From IMG/VR virus record IMGVR_UViG_3300042896_000947, positions 1-46,158 of that record: a stretch of 46,158 nt of DNA. One strand, given 5' to 3'. Source of the DNA: a virus. Lineage: Duplodnaviria > Heunggongvirae > Uroviricota > Caudoviricetes. Below are positions 43,107-46,158 of this stretch, piece after piece. Position numbers and translations under genes: made by a program. The first letter of the stretch is position 1, and the number at the start of each line of letters is the position of its first letter. Below the pieces are notes generated by a model. The model was not told where the DNA came from. It was given only the letters and a program-made list of their open reading frames with translations, and searched no databases.

Positions 43107-43478
43107 TTATGCCTGCTGCAGCTCGAACGAGCAATCCCAGGCGTCGTTGCCGCCAATGCCCACATAGCTAAAGGTGAGGCCCTGGCCAATGAAGCGCACG
43201 CTGTAGTCCTGGCTGGACTGCGGGTCGGTCCACTTAAAAATCACCGAGCCGCCGCAAACCATATCGTAGAAGTCGTCAATCAGCTGCTTGTCGGCGTTGT
43301 CGATGAAGGTGTACGCGATCTTGAACTTGCGCCTGGGCTTGCGGGTGAAGCGGGCACGCGAAATGGTGTAGCCGCCCTCGGCCTCCGAGCGCATCGCTGG
43401 GTCCACTTTGCTGACCTCGTACTTGGACGAGTCAGGCGCCTTACCCGAGGGCAAGGTGGGGAATACGGGGTCTGCCAT
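43107..43478 (-). CDS. Minor tail protein M-like (distal tail)
   Basis: IDDFYDMVCGGSVIFKWTDP pattern; position after the tape measure gene. Confidence 0.75.
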   Translation of the reverse strand: MADPVFPTLPSGKAPDSSKYEVSKVDPAMRSEAEGGYTISRARFTRKPRRKFKIAYTFIDNADKQLIDDFYDMVCGGSVIFKWTDPQSSQDYSVRFIGQGLTFSYVGIGGNDAWDCSFELQQA

Positions 43479-43490
43479 GATTTTTCCTTC

Positions 43491-46158
43491 TTAGCGCCCA
43501 ACGGCGCCTTTGAGGCCATCCCGGAACGGGCCTGGCGAATTTGCGGCGGTTAGCACGATGTCCAGCACCATCTGCTTGCCGTCAAAGCGCGGCTGGCTGG
43601 TTTGGGCACCGACCTGCTGGCCACTCTGGTTGATCACATTGACTGTCACGCTGGGCATGCCGGCGCCCGGGGCGCTCAGGCTGCCCGATAGGCTGACCGG
43701 GATGGAGCGACCGTCTGGCAGTGGCACATAGGCTTCCGGGCCGGCCTCGCCGTACAGCGCGAGCTGCGGGCTGTTGGCGATGCCGCCGGCGGCATACTTG
43801 CGCAGCGACACCGGCCCCATGCTGGACATGATGCCGCCGTCGGCGAACACGCCCAGGCTGGCCAGCTCGGCCATGGTGCCCGCGCCGGTGCTAAAGCCGC
43901 TGGGGGCGCTGCCGCCTCCGAACAGGCCAGCGACGCTGCCCAGGATGCCCGTGCCGCCGCTGCCGCCCGACTGGGCCTGCAGTGCGTTGATGAAGGCGTA
44001 GACGGCGCTGGTGGCCGTGCCGATCGAGCTGGTGAAGCTGCCCGTGGCGATGAGTTCCTGACCCTGCGCGGCGACGCTGGAGACCAGGCCCTGCGTGGCA
44101 GCGTCGACGCCGGTGTTAACGAACTCGCCCAGGCCGTCCTTGGCCTGCAGGGCGGCCATCGAGAAGCGCTTGACCTCGCGCGCCGCTTCGGTGGCAGCCG
44201 TCTCTGCAAGGGCCGAGCCGACACCGTTGCGCCCGTTGTTGCCCAGGTCGGGCATCTGGCCCTTGAGCCAGCCGGTGCCGGCGTTGACCACTTCCCTGAG
44301 CGGGTCACCGAGCGAGCGCTGCAGCTGAATTTTCAGGATGTCGGCCAGCACCGACTCGACGAACGAGCCGAATTCGAGCTTGCCGGTCTTGGCCGAGCTG
44401 ACCATCATGTCCACGAAGCCGCCGGACCACTGCGCGCCGGCCTCTTCCATCTTGGTCATCGAGTTTTGCCAGTCGTCGGCGAGCTTTTCGATCGGCGTGC
44501 GGCTCTTCATCGCCAAGTCTTTGGCGCGCAGCGCAGCGCCGATCTCGACTTGCGCCCTGTACTGGTCGATCAGGTCGGTGGCGACCTTGGCCTTGGTGAA
44601 CTCCTCGATCGCCAGACTGGCTTGCTTGGCCGCCAGCGTCTCGGCAATGGCCGCCTGCTGGCGCGCGCGCTCGCGGTCATCCTCGATCAGGTCCAGGCTG
44701 AGCTTCTGGTTGTCGCCGACCATGTCGGCGTAGCCCTTGCCCATGTCGATGGTCGCCGCCTGGGTGCGCCCCTCTTCCATCTTGGCGAGCAGTGCAGCGA
44801 AGCTGTCGGCAGCGATGCCTGCGCCCTCGGCAAACTTCTTGAATTCGGACGGCGCGGCCTTGAGCTTGGCGATCATCTCGTCAAACTTGTTGGTCTGCTT
44901 CATCTCGCCAGTGCCCAGCGGGTCGGCCAGCAGCTTGAGCGCGTGCTCGTAGTCCGGGGCCATCTTGTTGATCTCGCCTGCGAGCTTCTTGGCGTCGTCC
45001 TTGAGTGTTGCAAGCTGGACGTTTTGCTCCGTCAGGTCGCGCATGGTCTGCTTTTGCGCGTCGGTGGGGCCGACCGTCTTTTTACCCACGCGGTAGTCGA
45101 AGTCCTTGGACTTGAACTTTTGCTCCAGTTCGGCCAGGGCGGCGGCGACTTCATCGCTCTTGCCGAGGTCGCCCAGCAGGCCGGGAATCAGCGCCTTGAG
45201 CTCGGCCTGCTTCTCGCGCAGGTTCCCGATAAAGGCGTCGATCTTGTTGACCACCGGCTCCTTGGCGCCCGCCCCTTCCTTCTTTTCCTTCTTCGGCTTG
45301 AACTCGTCCTTGGCGTTGCGTCGCTCGATGAAGGCTTGCTGCTCGATGCGCAACTGGTCGGCCGCGTCCTGCTCGACCTTGGCGGCGCGCAGGTTCGACT
45401 TGGCATCCAGGCTGCCCTCGGGCATCTTCAGCGCCAGCTCCTTGAGCTTGGCGGCAGCGGCTTCGCGTCCGGCAATGCGTGCGGCGTAGCCCCGCACCTC
45501 GGCGTCTTGCTTGAGGTCGTTGACCCGCTTGGTCTCGGCGGTAAATTTCTTGGCATCCCCCTTGACCGCGTCGAGCACGGCCCGGTTGCTCTCGCCGATC
45601 TTGGCGATTTCCAGGTTGGTGGCGTCGCTGCGCGCCTCGATGACGGCATTGACATCGGCATTGATGCCGTCGGTGCGCACCCGGGACTTGGCGTCGCCGA
45701 CGATGCCCTCGACGCGCGCCACCAGGCCCTCGGCTTCGCTCAGCTTGGCCTTGGCGGTCGCCAGGGCAGCGTTCGAGGCTTGCTTTTCCTGGGCGTTCTG
45801 CTCGCGAAAGATGCCCATGCCGATGTCGACCTTCTGGCGCGTTCCGGCCTCGGCATCGGCGACGCCGCCCTTGGCGGCCCGCGCGTCGTCCTTGAAGTCG
45901 GCCAGGTCTTTCTCGTTCGACAGGCGGGCGGCAGCGCGACGCTGGCGGTCGGCCGAGTCTTCGGCGGCCTGCCCGGCTTGGTTCCACCAGTACACCAGGC
46001 CCATGATAGCCAGAATGGCAATGCCGATTGGCCCGCCCAGCAGCCCGACAACGCCCGAGAAGGCGCGTGCGGCAACGCCAGCCGCCAGCGCCGCTGTGGA
46101 TGACAGACGGCTCGCGCTGGTGAGCAGCGTCAAGCTGCCTGCGGCGCGCGCGGCATCG
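43491..46158 (-). CDS. Tail tape measure protein (C-terminal part; start lies beyond the right edge)
   Basis: Frame stays open to the window end; long helical repeats; FADGG...YAAGG...GEAGPEAYVPLPDG C-terminal motif. Confidence 0.9.
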   Translation of the reverse strand, partial: DAARAAGSLTLLTSASRLSSTAALAAGVAARAFSGVVGLLGGPIGIAILAIMGLVYWWNQAGQAAEDSADRQRRAAARLSNEKDLADFKDDARAAKGGVADAEAGTRQKVDIGMGIFREQNAQEKQASNAALATAKAKLSEAEGLVARVEGIVGDAKSRVRTDGINADVNAVIEARSDATNLEIAKIGESNRAVLDAVKGDAKKFTAETKRVNDLKQDAEVRGYAARIAGREAAAAKLKELALKMPEGSLDAKSNLRAAKVEQDAADQLRIEQQAFIERRNAKDEFKPKKEKKEGAGAKEPVVNKIDAFIGNLREKQAELKALIPGLLGDLGKSDEVAAALAELEQKFKSKDFDYRVGKKTVGPTDAQKQTMRDLTEQNVQLATLKDDAKKLAGEINKMAPDYEHALKLLADPLGTGEMKQTNKFDEMIAKLKAAPSEFKKFAEGAGIAADSFAALLAKMEEGRTQAATIDMGKGYADMVGDNQKLSLDLIEDDRERARQQAAIAETLAAKQASLAIEEFTKAKVATDLIDQYRAQVEIGAALRAKDLAMKSRTPIEKLADDWQNSMTKMEEAGAQWSGGFVDMMVSSAKTGKLEFGSFVESVLADILKIQLQRSLGDPLREVVNAGTGWLKGQMPDLGNNGRNGVGSALAETAATEAAREVKRFSMAALQAKDGLGEFVNTGVDAATQGLVSSVAAQGQELIATGSFTSSIGTATSAVYAFINALQAQSGGSGGTGILGSVAGLFGGGSAPSGFSTGAGTMAELASLGVFADGGIMSSMGPVSLRKYAAGGIANSPQLALYGEAGPEAYVPLPDGRSIPVSLSGSLSAPGAGMPSVTVNVINQSGQQVGAQTSQPRFDGKQMVLDIVLTAANSPGPFRDGLKGAVGR

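Noticed and set aside
15-46103. Long plus-strand ORFs such as 15-755, 740-1675, 2899-4398, 4420-5655, 18737-20011, 22403-23731, 39903-41603 and 44466-46103
   Set aside because: Antisense shadows of GC-rich minus-strand genes with clear motifs; no recognisable domains or ribosome-binding sites.
1-46158. tRNA or rRNA genes
   Set aside because: No cloverleaf or T-loop GTTCGA signature was found in the intergenic gaps inspected by eye; a tRNAscan-SE run would be needed to exclude them formally.

Overview
The window looks like a 46-kb slice of a large temperate siphovirus-type phage-plasmid. The replication block is SSU5/pHCM2-like; a betaproteobacterial host is inferred only from GC content, codon usage and the TrfA replicon. 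Almost all real genes are on the minus strand. Left to right: 5'-3' exonuclease, gp32-like SSB, UvsY-like protein, DnaE with a C-terminal UDG-like domain, sigma-like protein and a CobS/CobT-like AAA-vWA pair. Next come a divergent HTH repressor, a plus-strand plasmid module (ParA, RHH partner, iteron oriV with DnaA boxes, TrfA) and a mosaic accessory cluster split by an HNH-AP2 insertion. Then ligase, primase, DnaB-like helicase, an Hfq-like protein, a GIY-YIG endonuclease behind phoH, and holin/M15 endolysin. The right end has a coupled accessory tail cassette (spike, FN3-like+BspA/DUF285 repeat protein, heme-oxygenase-like gene) and a lambda-like J/K/L/M/tape-measure tail block. The strongest unexplained signals are a 14-bp palindrome AGTCA-N4-TGACT at 11 perfect and several near-perfect sites, mostly beside -10 boxes of replication, tail and lysis genes, and the heme-oxygenase-like gene coupled to tail-appendage genes. 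Family assignments come from motif recognition by eye; no database searches were run.
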